Positions 39,359 to 54,075 of a stretch of DNA of 64,000 nucleotides are shown here, piece by piece. How positions within the stretch are numbered: the stretch's first letter is position 1; each line of letters begins with the position of its first letter. This stretch comes from Octopus vulgaris. Lineage: Eukaryota. Position numbers and translations under genes: made by a program. The notes under the pieces were generated by a model. The model saw nothing but the letters and a program-made list of their open reading frames with translations, did no database searches and had not been told where the DNA came from. The stretch is from positions 27,652,001 to 27,716,000 of the forward strand of contig OX597828.1 of NCBI GenBank assembly GCA_951406725.2, read 5' to 3'.

Positions 39359-39870
39359 CACATACATTTATAAACATATATATATTTTTATTTATATACA
39401 TGTGTGTGCGTGCATGTGTATGCGGGGGGGTGGAGTGTAGCAAATGCACCTGTATTGTAGCTGGCAACTTTTGATATTTAGCTGGAAAATGTCCCGTGGT
39501 TTCTTCCCGTTAGTTCGAATTAATATTCCAACTCTTTACATTCTGAGTTCACATTCCACCAAGGTCAACTTTACCTTTTATCTCCTCGGATCAATAAAAT
39601 AAAGTATCATTCCAGTGCTTTGGCAGATTAACCAAATGACCCACTTCCCCAAATTCCAGGCTTTGTATCTGTGTCAGAAAAAAATTATTAAGTGTACTAG
39701 CAGAATCACTAAAGCATTGGAATAAAATGTTATATAACTTCACCTCTAGGATTTGAACTCTGTGTCTGCTGTTAATCATATAACTTTGCTGACCACTTTA
39801 CCAAAGCACCATCACAACTCTTGATTTCCTGATTAGCTTGCTGGCAGAACTGTTAGCACACCGGGTAAAA

Positions 39871-39979
<109 letters not shown>

Positions 39980-40502
39980 ACTTAATCCGTTTGCCTGTCC
40001 TTGTTTGTCCCCTCTGTGTTTAGCCCCTTGTGGGTAGTAAAGAAATAAATTAACAAGACACAATGAAATACTAATCACCTCTCAGTGAAACACACACACA
40101 CACACACACACATATGTAACTGTTGGACAATGAGAATGAGTGCTCAACATTACATTGGTGGATAAAATTACTTTATTTGTGTCTTAAGGCTACCATTGGT
40201 TTCATGTTAAGAAAATATCTTAATTATTCAAGCCAATCACATGGAAAAATGGGAACAAACACCAGTTTTTCTACGTGATTCATCTTCATCATCATCATTT
40301 AATGTCTGCTTTCCATGCTGGCATGGTTTGGATGGTTTGACTGAAAACTGGTAAGCTGGGGTGCTGTACAAGGTTCCAGTCTGATTTGGCAAGGTTTCTA
40401 TGGCTGGATGTCCTTCCTAACGCCAACCATTGGCTTGAATAATTGTTGAGAAGTTTCTCAATGTGAAAACAATGGTAGCCTTAATATACAATATATATAT
40501 AC

Positions 40503-40546
<44 letters not shown>

Positions 40547-40764
40547 TAAAATAGGGTAATAATAAATTATTATTACCAGTGGCCTAGCACAAAAAACGAA
40601 TTAGTCATTAGACTATATATTATTCATATAGAAGTACAATAAGAGGCTCCCAAATAGGAAAGTGTTGTGCTAGAAAGAGCAGTAGAAATCTCAAGACCAC
40701 AAAAAAGGATAAATTCACGAAAGGAATGAAAATTAAAAACGTTTACCATCTCAGCTATTTATAC

Positions 40765-40851
<87 letters not shown>

Positions 40852-41189
40852 CTGTATATATATATGATCTCAGCACAATGAACTTTACAGAGGAAATGAC
40901 AAAGAACTGAGATGTCTGTGCCTTGCTGTACTCAAGAAGACCTGTCCCCCACAGCAGAAATGTTAATGCCACTCCCCGCTGCTGCTGATGATTGACCCAA
41001 AAGAAGCCTATGTTGGTGCCTTGTAAAAATCACCCAGTACACTCTGTGAAGTGGTTGATGTTAAGAAACTGAGCCAAAATTAGACTGGAACCTGGTGCAG
41101 TTCTCCTCCTTGACAGCTCTGGTCAGACTGTCCAACCGTTGCCAACATGGAAAACAGACCTTCAAGGATGATGATGGTATATATTATTG

Positions 41190-41765
41190 AATGAAACATC
41201 TTGCAGACTATTGGAGGTGATGATCTGAAGGTTCCATCTCAGGAGAATGTAACAGGTTTTGTAGAACTTCTCAAATTCTTGAATAAAATTTTTGGTCAAA
41301 TTAGCAACGTAGGGGTGAGTGTTGTCTTGTTGAAAAAGCATTCATGTCACCAACTCATTCAATCAATCTATATTGAACTGAACAAGTCGGCTGGAATGTA
41401 GAGAATCTGTGAGGTCAAGTTTCCCTTCATTGAAGCATGGAAACCATTTCTGTGCAGTTCTTTCAGTGACAGCCCCCCCCCCTATATGCAGCATAAATGT
41501 CTCAGGCAGCTTTGGCATCTTTGGAACTTTGGTTGAAAGGTAAGAGAAGGAGCTGGTGGAAATGGTAATTTTCTTCCACTTGTGATTCCTTTGTCTTGTG
41601 TATGAAAGGAGTTAAGATTTATTCAAATTTCAAAAATGATAGGCGAAAGTTGTAGACGAAGAAGGGACCTATGAAATAAAACTACTACATAAAACACTGC
41701 AATAAAAATATTGTTTGCATTAATTGAAATAACATCGGAAAGAAACAAATTTATCTGGAACCCAA
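41190..41765 (-). pseudogene. Highly degraded, internally deleted mariner element
   Basis: The minus strand reads AA*DIYAAY..AVTERTAQKWFPCFNEGKLDL (mariner HTH) and FQQDNT. Confidence 0.65.
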
Positions 41766-42617
41766 AAAGTCATTCACACACACAGACAGATAGATAGATA
41801 TACACTAATACATACATATATATGTGTATGTGTGTGTGAGTGTGTCTTTATGTGTGTATGTCTATATGTATGTATGTCTGTACCCTTGTACTGACATCAC
41901 ATGATAATTGTAAACGAGCATCACCGTCGTACAAGCGAGGTTGTTCATTTCCATTGTTGCATGGAAAAGCATGTCTGGCCTTGGGGGAAGCAATATTACC
42001 CCGCTTGGAAACAGCTGAGGATTAGTGGCAGGAAGAACATCCGGATGGAGAAAATCTGCTTCAAAAAATTTCCGTCTGATCCATGCAAGCTTTGAAAAGT
42101 AATCCTTAAATGATGGTGATAATGATAATGACAGTATATGAGGATGATACGATGCAGACCCATGCGAATATATAGTGATGGCGAGGATAATACACTTTAT
42201 TATTTATTCTGTATAATTTTATAATATCTTTTTTCATACTAAAGAAAAGATATTAAATGAAATGATTCCTATATTTATATCTCTTTCTTCTTCACTGTAT
42301 TTCATCCTCTTATTCTATTTATGCCTTTGCACACTTAATCTCTTAGAAACACTTTCCTTTTCTTTGCACCGTTTTCATTCATCTTTTTTTAATTTAATTC
42401 TTCCTCCTATATTTTTTCGGGTTGTAATTTTTCCTTTTATCATTCAAACCTTCAAGTTTTACTCATTATTCCTCATTTATCTACATTTTTTTTACATTTT
42501 CCTATGTTGTTGTTAATATTGTTGTTGTTATCATCATCATCATCATAATCGTCGTCATTATATTTCTGTGTTACTAACCCATCCTCTTCTCGTCTTTGTT
42601 TCACCACTACTTTTATT

Positions 42618-42666
<49 letters not shown>

Positions 42667-43185
42667 GGTGTAAACAATAAAACAACACATACACACACAC
42701 ATAGTCCTCTCCTGTGTCCTCCACCCCCTTTTCCTTTTGGCTCATCTCTCTTCTCTCAGTATTATTTATTTCTTGTTATTTTATTTTATTACTTATTCCC
42801 AAGTTCTTTTTTTTTTCCTTTTTTTTTTGATCTTTTTCAGGGGTTTTCCAAATTATAATTCATTTCTTTTGTACATATCTCTCCTTTTCTTCTCTCGCTA
42901 TTTCATTATATTGTTTTTACTTCCTGTTCAGGTCTACCTCTTACATTCTATTTAAACTTATAATCTTCTTTTTTTACTCTATGTCTCTCTTATCCTGTCC
43001 ATTCTTGAAGCTCCTTTTTCAAAGAAATATTGCTGTAATCATCTCTTCATAAAACCACAAATCTTTCAAAAATATGTCTGTTTATTTTCTTCATCCTCCT
43101 CCTCTTCCCCTTCTCCTTTTTTGTTTGTTGCTGTTGGTGTTGTTTTAACATTGTTCTTATTACGATTAGAAATAAGAGATGCAAA

Positions 43186-43325
<140 letters not shown>

Positions 43326-43331
43326 ATGATG

Positions 43332-43376
<45 letters not shown>

Positions 43377-43401
43377 ATGTATATATATATATATATGTAT
43401 A

Positions 43402-43434
<33 letters not shown>

Positions 43435-43439
43435 GTATA

Positions 43440-43490
<51 letters not shown>

Positions 43491-44221
43491 GTATTCTCTG
43501 AAACTAAAGTAAGAATAGGAAGCTGGCAAGAATTATAGTAACAAGCATCATTTCCGTTAAAAGTGTTGAATGAAAGAAGAAAGTCCTGCAATAAAACTGT
43601 TTTGTGTTTGTTTTCTTAAAAAAAGAGAAAGTAAAAACAGAATCTCCAAATCCTTGCTGCAAACAAGTCTCTAACTTTATGTTGCTGTTGTTGTAGTTGT
43701 TGCTGCTATTGTAGCCACGTGTTATACACAACAAAGAACCTAGCTTGTTTGTTTGGTTTTTTTTTTGTTTTTTTTTTTCCCTACCTTTTTGCTCTTGTTT
43801 GGGTCAGAATAAAACTGCACGACCCTCAAGATCCTATTTCTTAAAACTAACACCAAACACAAAACCCTTTTCTTATCTTATTATCAACTGAAACTGATTA
43901 AAACTGCAGATACCTGCCACATGCCCCTTTCATGTTAATCTCTCAACTAAATGCCAACGTTCCACATACCTTAAAGCTTGCCATGAAGTTTCCATTCATT
44001 TGATTTGTCTTTTTTAACTTTCGTCTACCATTAACAACTCAATTGTCTTCTTCACTTATTTCTTTTTTGGTTTTTGAAGCATGCAGTCTTTTGCAATGCC
44101 ATTTGGCAAGGATATTTCACTGCATATGTTGTTTATTTATTTATTTTTGAATTAATTCATTTTATTTCTGTGTAGTTTACATGTACAGCTGTGTGTGCGA
44201 GTATGTGTGTGTGTGTGTGTG

Positions 44222-44371
44222 GGAGAGAGAGAGAGAGAGAGAAAGGAATGAGAGAGAGAGAGAAAGGAATGGAGAGAGAGAGAGAGAGAGAGAGAAAAAG
44301 GAACGGAGAGAGAGAAAGGAATGGAGAGAGAGAGAAAGAAAGGAATGGAGAGAGAGAGAGAGAAAGAAAGG

Positions 44372-44411
<40 letters not shown>

Positions 44412-44544
44412 ACGGAGAGAGAGAAAGGAATGGAGAGAGAGAGAGAGAAAGAAAGGAATGAGAGAGAGAGAGAGAGAGAGAAAAGGAACGGAGAGAGAGA
44501 AAGGAATGGAGAGAGAGAAAGGGATAGAAAGAGAGAAAGGAACG

Positions 44545-44576
<32 letters not shown>

Positions 44577-44618
44577 CAGATAGCGAGAAAGGAACCAAGA
44601 GAGAGAGGGAGAGAGAGA
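44222..44618. repeat. Polypurine minisatellite, (GA)n interrupted by AAGGAA(T/C)G
   Basis: Directly visible; about 400 bp that is almost purely purine on the + strand. Confidence 0.95.
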
Positions 44619-44889
44619 TGGTAGTCAATAAGGTAAGCTGTGGCCTAGGCATTTATTCTTTTACTGGCCCCACTGTCATTGAACTGCAGCCATTCTAGGG
44701 AAATGCTTTGAAAAGCAGTTGAGTAGATCTACCCCAGTTCTTATATGTTTTTGTCATTTGTTCACCAACTAAGTTATGGGGACATAAATAAACCAACACC
44801 TGTTATCAAATAATGAACAGCAGAGGCAAAAAAGGGCACAAAATAAAACCCACAGACACAGGTGCTTGCATATTATATATATATGCATA

Positions 44890-45145
44890 TAATATTAATT
44901 AACAGGAGATGGATTTGGTATTAAATTTTTATTGGATACAGCATACAGTTTGACCCATCAGGCTGGTTCTCATCAGGCACATCAATGTAACTTGATGGAC
45001 ATATAACAAGTCAGCTGATATTAAAAATCTGTAGTGAGACACATCTTTATTGATGTATCTGATGAGACCCACACTGATGGGTCGAAACATATGTTGAACT
45101 CAATCAAGATTCAATATCAAATCCATCTTCCGTTAATTAATATTA
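44890..45145. mobile_element. Inverted repeat (two arms of about 97 bp) carrying hammerhead cores, Penelope pLTR-like
   Basis: 44890-44986 is the reverse complement of 45049-45145. The right arm has CTGATGA-gaccca cactga tgggtc-GAAAC-atat-GTT. Confidence 0.75.
45059..45095 (+). ncRNA. Minimal type I hammerhead ribozyme core (stem I degraded)
   Basis: Intact CUGAUGA, a 6-bp stem II, GAAAC, a palindromic AUAU loop III and a GUU triplet. Confidence 0.6.
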
Positions 45146-46492
45146 TTACCCTAACTGCCACTGTGGAGGTCCTGAAGTAGATCCAACAGAAATGGACCAC
45201 AACTGCGAATGACAACAGGTAACCTAAACTGTACAGGTGCTCTGCTCAACATTTAAACACACTCATCAAATTATACATATTTGTCTCTTTACTCTTTTAC
45301 TCTTTACTTGTTTCAGTCATTTGACTGTGGCCATGCTAGAGCACCACCTTTTTTTAGTCGAGCAAATCGACCCCAGGACTTATTCTTTGTAAGCCTAGTA
45401 ACAACCTCGCTCGAATCTTTTTACACATGCCACTGGCACAGGTGCCAGTAAGGTGACACCTACTCACACACACACACACACACAACATACACATGTATAC
45501 AGATATAGCTTTGCATGTTTATGCATGTGTGTTTAAATGTTGTGCGAATATGTGTTCCATTACAAGACTCACATTCCATCCAGTGGCTCATCTTCCAAGA
45601 ATTGAACAGAAGATTGTCTTCCATAATATCAAGATATCTACTGGAAATAGGTGTTATAAATAAACACTATTTAGCATTCTGTCATTCTGATTAGTTACAC
45701 AACACTGGAATAATTATGCAGCATTTTGTGATGTAAGAAATTCCATTCTTTCCATTGTTAAATTTCATGAAAGAAAAATTACGTTACTCATCTTAGCATA
45801 GGTTAATGTTTATCGTATGGCTAATAATAACATTATATTGCTCACTAGTGAGTAAGCTATAATAACAACCGGTGCCATGATCCACAAAAATTGTTGGCGT
45901 TAAGGAAAGCAGCCGGCTGTAAAGATTCTCACTCCACTAAACCTTATCAAGCAAGCATGTAAAATGGATGTTAAACCTATAAGTATGTTAATTGACATTT
46001 ATCCTATAATTAATGAAGATATCGGTATGTTGTACAGATGGTTTTATGAATGTATGTATATGTATATGTTACTATTTTGGTTATGAAATTTGTTACCAGG
46101 AGGATAACCTATGTCAGTTTGATATCAGTGGAAGGATATAATATTGATCTCTAATACTGGCGCAATGCCTTGTATTTTGAGGAAGGAGGATGTCGTTAAT
46201 TAAATTAACACTAGTATTTAACTGGTACTTTATTTTATTGAACCATCCTCCCCCATGCATACATACACACTTCTTTGGAAGGATGGAAAGCTAAGTTATA
46301 TCCTTGGCACGATTTGAACTCAGAATGTAAGACGCTGTGAATAAATACTGCAAGGCTAATTGTCTGGTGCTCTTATGATTCCGCCAATCAGCCAGCCTGA
46401 TATTAATTCTTATATTTATTCCATGGCTTATATTGGCATGTATCAGGATAATTATGAATGACAAATTGGTAGACAGAAACTGTGTGGAAGCC

Positions 46493-46860
46493 CAGGATGA
46501 AAAATATCAGCTAAGTCCTGTTCCTTTTCATTGTTTTTGCAAGTATCATCATCACCATCAAGCCTTCTTATTATTATTGTTTCCCCATATATTGGCGTTA
46601 TCGTTGTCTTTCGTCTCAAATGCTAGCTGAAGCATATAAACTTTCATTCACAAAAACTTCGCAAAAACATCTCGTCTCAAATTTGGTCTTTCTTTCTGTC
46701 GCTAAATTCTCTAACCCATCTTTTCCCAACTTCCACTCATAGAAACTTATGCACACGATCGCAAAGCATTCCATCTCAAATCCTGTCTTTCTTTCTGCCG
46801 CCTAAAAATCTCATCTTCTCCCATTGCGCGGTGTCGTTTTTGTCCCTCTGTTATCACTAT

Positions 46861-46902
<42 letters not shown>

Positions 46903-47378
46903 CTCTCTCTCTCGCTATGTGGTGTCGGTTTCTCCCTCTGTTATCACTGTCTCTCTCTCTCTCTGTATATATATCTCGCCTTCACTCGCTTCCACAGGCT
47001 TAGCCAATACGCAGGATGAAAAATATCAGCTAAGTCCTGTTCCTTCTTTTCATTGTTTTTGCAAGTATCATCATCACCATCAAGCCTTCTTATTATTATT
47101 GTTTCCCCATATATTGGCGTTATCGTTGTCTTTCGTCTCAAATGCTAGCTGAAGCATATAAACTTTCATTCACAAAAACTTCGCAAAAACATCTCGTCTC
47201 AAATTTGGTCTTTCTTTCTGTCGCTAAATTCTCTAACCCATCTTTTCCCAACTTCCACTCATAGAAACTTATGCACACGATCGCAAAGCATTCCATCTCA
47301 AATCCTGTCTTTCTTTCTGCCGCCTAAAAATCTCATCTTCTCCCATTGCGCGGTGTCGTTTTGTCCCTCTGTTATCAC

Positions 47379-47443
<65 letters not shown>

Positions 47444-47896
47444 CTCTCTCTCTCGCTATGTGGTGTCGGTTTCTCCCTCTGTTATCACTGTCTCTCCCTC
47501 TCTCTGTATATATATCTCGCCTTCACTCGCTTCCACAGGCTTAGCCAATACGCAGGATGAAAAATATCAGCTAAGTCCTGTTCCTTCTTTTCATTGTTTT
47601 TGCAAGTATCATCATCACCATCAAGCCTTCTTATTATTATTGTTTCCCCATATATTGGCGTTATCGTTGTCTTTCGTCTCAAATGCTAGCTGAAGCATAT
47701 AAACTTTCATTCACAAAAACTTCGCAAAAACATCTCGTCTCAAATTTGGTCTTTCTTTCTGTCGCTAAATTCTCTAACCCATCTTTTCCCAACTTCCACT
47801 CATAGAAACTTATGCACACGATCGCAAAGCATTCCATCTCAAATCCTGTCTTTCTTTCTGCCGCCTAAAAATCTCATCTTCTCCCATTGCGCGGTG
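46493..47896. repeat. Near-identical tandem repeat, unit about 520-540 bp, about 2.7 copies
   Basis: The unit start caggatgaaaaatatcagc occurs at 46493, 47012 and 47553. Copies differ mainly in (CT)n length and a 3-bp indel. Confidence 0.95.
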
Positions 47897-47904
47897 CGCC
47901 CGCC

Positions 47905-48210
47905 CTCCCACCACCACCACCACCACCACCACCACCACCACCACCACCAACACCACCACCAATACCACCCCCACCACCAATACCACCCCCACCACCAATA
48001 CCACCCCCACCACCAATACCACCCCCACCCCCCCCCACCACCAATACCACCCCCACCACCAATACCACCCCCACCCTCCCACCCCCACCACCAATACCCC
48101 TCCCACCCCCACCCCCAATACCACCCCCACCCCAATACCACACCCCCACCACCAATACCCCCACCACCACCAATACCACCCACACCCCCACCGCCAATAC
48201 CACCAATACC
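47905..48210. repeat. C-rich minisatellite (CCACCAATACCACCC-like), G-rich on the minus strand
   Basis: Directly visible. Confidence 0.9.
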
Positions 48211-48980
48211 GGTGAACACTGTTCTCACCATCTACACCGGATACCTCCCTCCTCCTCCCCCACCACCCCTTCCTACCCCTTCTCCTCATATGCTTTCACT
48301 GAGAAAAGACAAGCTGCTAGCGTCTCAGCTCATCAACCGCCCTCTGATCTTACGCTTCCTCCTGTTTTGAATCTGACACTGCCTCAATCCTACTATCTCC
48401 TTCCAGTCCCCTCCATGCCTCGTAATATCCTACGTTTTTATTTCTTACGAACCTGCACCAACCCTTCCTGCCATCGTTCCTCCTTACCCACCCAACCTTC
48501 CCCACACCTACCCATATATATATATACACATCCTACGTTTACATTTCTTACGAACCTTCACCAACCCTTCCTGCCATCGTTCCTCCTCCCCCAACCTTCC
48601 CCACTGGTGCTCCCCTATATTACCTGCACCCCTTTATTATCTCTCCCTCTCTTTTCACTGGTGAAACCTTTCTCAGCTGGACCCCCCCCCAACTCAACTC
48701 TATCCGCATCCCGTTGCCCCCGTGTCCCTGGCACGTTAAAAGCTCGAACCGATCGTGACCGATGCCGGACCCCCCGGCCCCTGTGCAGGTGGCACGTAAA
48801 AAGCACCCAATCCACTCACGGAGTGGTTGGCGTTAGGAAGGGCATCCAGCCGTAGAAACTCTGCCAGAATCAGACTGGAGCCTGGAGCGGCCCCTGGCTT
48901 CCCAGACCCCGGTCGAACCGTCCAACCCGTGCTAGCGCGGAAAACGGACGTTAAACGATGATGATGATGATGATGATGAT
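48211..48980 (+). mobile_element. Pyrimidine-rich retroelement 3' region ending in a family D tail and (GAT)n
   Basis: 48715-48980 matches 21385-21690 and retains its CpGs (young). An internal duplication of about 75 bp lies at about 48428 and 48530. Confidence 0.65.
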
Positions 48981-49081
48981 ATATATAAATGTATGTCATT
49001 GTGTTTGTCCACCCACACCCCCTGGCACTACTGGGATTGATATAATTGACAAACCTCTTTTCTCATTATTATTATTATTAT

Positions 49082-49521
49082 TGAGTGAGAGAGCAGTGCA
49101 TGCCATCAAAGTGACACTGGGGTAAAATATACAAAACCAGTATACCCATCATGACTACCAAGCTGATAAGAGTACACCAGACACATGCATCATAACCATA
49201 TGTGCATGACATAGTGATCTCATATCAAGATAAACAATGCATGACCTTGCAGGTGGGGCCCAGTTAGAATTTTCTTCAGGTCGAGTAGCCCATCCCCTTC
49301 AAACGGGTCCTAAATAAGGCTATTATGCTCCCCCACTACTTCTGCTCATGATCAGAGATGCAGATATCGTCAGCCACTAAGGGACATGCTCAACTGGTTA
49401 AGGTCAAACAACTGACAGGCAAATCTGTGGTATTGAGCAGAATATTTGCTGTAGCCCATCTTATATACCAAGACAAAACAATGTACATGATAACACTTCC
49501 AATCAGTTAAGATCAGAAGCC
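49082..49521. mobile_element. Interspersed repeat family F
   Basis: Aligns to 29418-29880, with an internal deletion. Confidence 0.75.
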
Positions 49522-50134
49522 TTACACTTTGATAATGTATCCAGTTTGTATTATATTCTCATGTAGACACCTTTTCATTAGACATGAAACCTGTACCTCA
49601 AAGTAGCAATGTTGTATCTATGGCTGCTCGTGTCAATGTTGCTTGATTTGAATTAAAATAACCACAATAAGGAGAATCTTTTTATTCTCTTTCAACTTAC
49701 ACTTTTAAGGTTTTGTACTGTTTCCTGTCTGCAGCCTCATTGCTTAAATTAATTAAATGTTTCACCGAGTCACTTGTGGTATTGGATGTCAACAATAGTT
49801 ATTGTTTTTTCCCAACAACAGTTCTTACTTTCTCTGCAGGTTTATTTAGAAGTTCAATGCTTGAGGGTTAGCTACTAGATGCCAACCCAAGCAGTGACAT
49901 CTGTCACAGCTTCAGGCAAAAGTCTGTGTGTGTCACTGATGAGTTCTAATAAGTCAAAACAGTTAATTGTGCTGTGGTTCATTGGTTTTTATTGATTTCT
50001 GTTGTTATCGATCATCTTATTGGATTTGATGCTGTACTATATAAATACACACTTTTATACAAACAAATATATTTGCTGCGTGTGTATGAGCATAGGTGTA
50101 TATATAAATGTATGTTTATATATATATTGTGTAT

Positions 50135-50586
<452 letters not shown>

Positions 50587-51137
50587 TGATGATGGTACAA
50601 CAAAACATTTCAAAAGTAGTGTTCTATAACTGTCAAACACAATATATATATTGTCTTTATTATTTTTATCTCAGTTTGAGCATACAAACACACTTTTTAA
50701 TGAACCAGTAATTCTCAATCTATAAATTCACATTAAGAATTATTTTTATGGATTCTTTCTCATTTGAGACAATCATTGTTAGACACAACAGAAGGTGACA
50801 TATGTGACTAACATAACACGTAACCTCTACTTTTTTTGTTGATTCCCAGTTCCATAAACTTTGACACCCTGCACAATGCCTTGTGGGAGGTGAACTCAAG
50901 CTTAGAAAAATCTTCAAAAGGAATCGCAACCATATTTTTGCTCGATATATTTCCAGCATAGTTGAAGATTTAAGATTTAAAAGAAAAGGGAATATTTTAA
51001 TTTTTTTACATAGTTAAAAATTATTATTATTTTGAAATAGTTTTGTGACTATTGTTACTCTTCAATAAATATAGTTTAAATTATTTTACAAAATTACTTT
51101 GCCTTTTCTATACAAAACTACTTAAATAATAATACTA

Positions 51138-51223
<86 letters not shown>

Positions 51224-51345
51224 TATGAAATAAGCCAGCAACATAATTTCTTCTTTTTATATCATATTCTAAAAGTTGTTGTTTCTCATTTTCTGATATT
51301 AACTTTTACAATTAGTATTGAAATTAAAACTTTACTGATTTTTAG

Positions 51346-51387
51346 CAACTTGACATTTTGGATGAAGAAACACATCATTCTCGAAAG
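51346..51387 (+). CDS. Candidate 42-nt phase 0/0 exon (QLDILDEETHHSRK), unidentified
   Basis: Branch-like tactgat, acceptor tttttag, an open frame and donor aag|gtcaga. Confidence 0.25.
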
Positions 51388-51731
51388 GTCAGATATTTAT
51401 TAAATGTGGAGTTTATAGAATACTTAGCATGCCGTTGAAAAGTGGAAGGTTATCTAAAGCAGAGGGTTAGTCTATCTTTGTTATATGGCTCTACGTATTG
51501 AAACTTGGTGTTGATGTTACTTGGAAAACTTTTACGAAGAAAAACAAAAACAAAAAAAAAAGAAACAGAAAAAGTGAAAGAAAAACTAATTAAATATGAT
51601 CAGTAATCTGAGCATTTAATTTGATTGACTTTAATTGTGTTTGTTATCATTATTATTTTTTTTTTATATTGATTATACAGAAATCAATTGAAGTCATTTC
51701 ATAGCTTAGACAAATAATAATAATAGTAATG

Positions 51732-51779
<48 letters not shown>

Positions 51780-53819
51780 GTAATAATAAAGAATAGAGTT
51801 TAAATTTAATTCCTATTGTATTGAATAGCCTACTATATTTTAGTAAAGTATTTGGCTTTCTTGTAGCGAATGGCTCAGGGTGCACCAGCCACCGTTAAGT
51901 AGAAACAAATATTGGACTGAGAATATTGTTTTATTTGGGCTTTTGTAATCCTTACTGTTGTTGTTGTTTGCAATATGGCTGGTTGAGAAAATTGACACCT
52001 TTTGATGCCTTCTTCATATTTGGGTGTAAAGAATGTCATCTTTGTTGTCATCGTAACAGGTCTAATCATGGTCCAATCAAGGAGTGGGTGTGTGGTGGTG
52101 GACAGGGAGCAAGCAAAGGATGGTGTGTAAGGAGTATAGTGTAAGAAAACTTGAACACTATTCTCTAATAACTTTACAGTAATAATAATAATAATAATAA
52201 TAATAATGATGATAATCCTTTCCACTGGAAGCACAAGGCCTCAAATTTGGAGGAAGGGATTAAGTCGATTACATAGACCTCAGTACGCAACTGGTACTTA
52301 ATTTATTGACCCTGAAAGGATGAAAGGCAAAGTCGACCTCGATGGAATTTGAACTCAGAATGTAGCCGCAGATAAAATACTGCTAAGCATTTTGCTTGCC
52401 AGCTTGCTGCCTTAATAATAATAATAATAATAAAAAAATACCAAGACATAGGATATGAAGATGGCCAAAATGTAGAAGATGAAAACCAAGAATACCATAG
52501 GAATATGCAGGGTAATAAAGAAAGGGTCAGACAAATTTGTCACACATTATACTAGAAAAAAACATGCTGAGAAGAAATACCAAAAAAAAAATAACCCTAA
52601 TGAGAGTGGCACACATTTTGCAAAGAACACTATCACTGTAAATTTTATAATTCTACAGGACTTTTATTTAGCATTCATATTTATACCTTTTTTTTTAAAT
52701 CCAGTCTTAGCCCTTTTTGATGCCATACAGTTATTGAATATATTAAGAAAATCATATTTACTAACTACCTCAGGTTTCTAAGTGGTACCTGATGGATAAT
52801 GTGCAAATTCAGCTGATACCAAGAAAAAATACTTTTATAATAGTAATAATGATCCTTTCTACTATAGGCACGAGGCCTGAAATTGTGGGGGATGGGGCTA
52901 GTTAATTACATCAACCTCAGTATATAACTGGTACTTATTTCATTAACCCCGAAAGGATGAAAGGCAAAGTTAACCCCAGCAGAATTTGAACTCAAACCAT
53001 AAGGATGGATGAAATCCACTTAGTATTTCACCCTTTGTGCTAATGATTCTGCCAGCTCATCTCCTTAATAATAATAATAAGAAGAAGAAGAAGAAGAATA
53101 ATAATGATAATATTAATGATGATGATGATGGTTTCAAATTTTGACACAAGATTAGCTGTTTCAGGTGAGGGGTATGTTGATTATATTGACCCCAGTGCTG
53201 TGTGGCACCTTGGAAAAGTGTCTTCTACAATAGCCCCAGGCTGACTAAAGCCTTGTGAGTGGATTTGATAGACGGAAACTAAAAGAGGCCATTTGTGTAT
53301 GTGTTGGGATGTGTGTGTGTGTGTATCTGTATGTGTGTTTGTGTGTGTGTGTGTTTGTGCATGTGTCTGTCTGAGTGTTTATGTTTGTCCCCCATCACTG
53401 CTTGACGACTGGTGTTGATTTGATTACTTACCCATGACTTAGCAGTACAGCAAAAAGTAGAAAATAGAATAAGTGCCAGGCTTGAATGCAATTAGTATTA
53501 TGGTTGATTTGTTCAAGTAAACTCTTCAAGGCCATGTCCCTGCACAGCTGAAGTCCAATGACAGAATCAAGTAAAAGAGAGAATATTTTGAGCCATTTTA
53601 AGTCTACTAAACGTGAAGAACCAGCAGTTCCACACATTTTTATTTGTTGCCATTAAATTTTCGATATCATGGCTTATGAGATATTCTTCCTCTTACCGTT
53701 TTTGGCCAATGAGATGTTACTAGAAATAAGCCAAGTCTGAGGAAATGAAACAGATAGATTGTGTCTCCTCTTTCCTTAACTATTTTGTTGCCATATCGCT
53801 TTTGAAATATAGTGAAATA

Positions 53820-54075
53820 GTGGAGGTGCATGGCTTAATGGTTAAGGTGTTGGACTCATGGTTGTCAGATTGTGGTTTCAGTTCCTGGATCAGTATGATA
53901 CATTGTGTCCTTGAACAAAACACTTCACTTCATGTTGCTCCTGTTCACTCTACTCGTAAAACTGAGTAATCCTCCTACAATGGACTGGCATCCCATCCAG
54001 GGAGGAATATATAAACATGAGAGAAACTAGGAAACTGGCTTTATGCTCCTTACAGAGTGATGTGGACTAACAAAT
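53820..54075 (+). mobile_element. Older SINE with a CORE-like body and a tail related to C tail type 3
   Basis: tRNA-like head, gtgtccttgaacaaaacacttc body, then atggactggcatcccatccaggg...gaaactaggaaactggc. Confidence 0.6.

Noticed and set aside
47887-48855. 322-aa proline-rich ORF
   Set aside because: Translation of a C-rich minisatellite plus a retroelement 3' region, with no domain or splice support.
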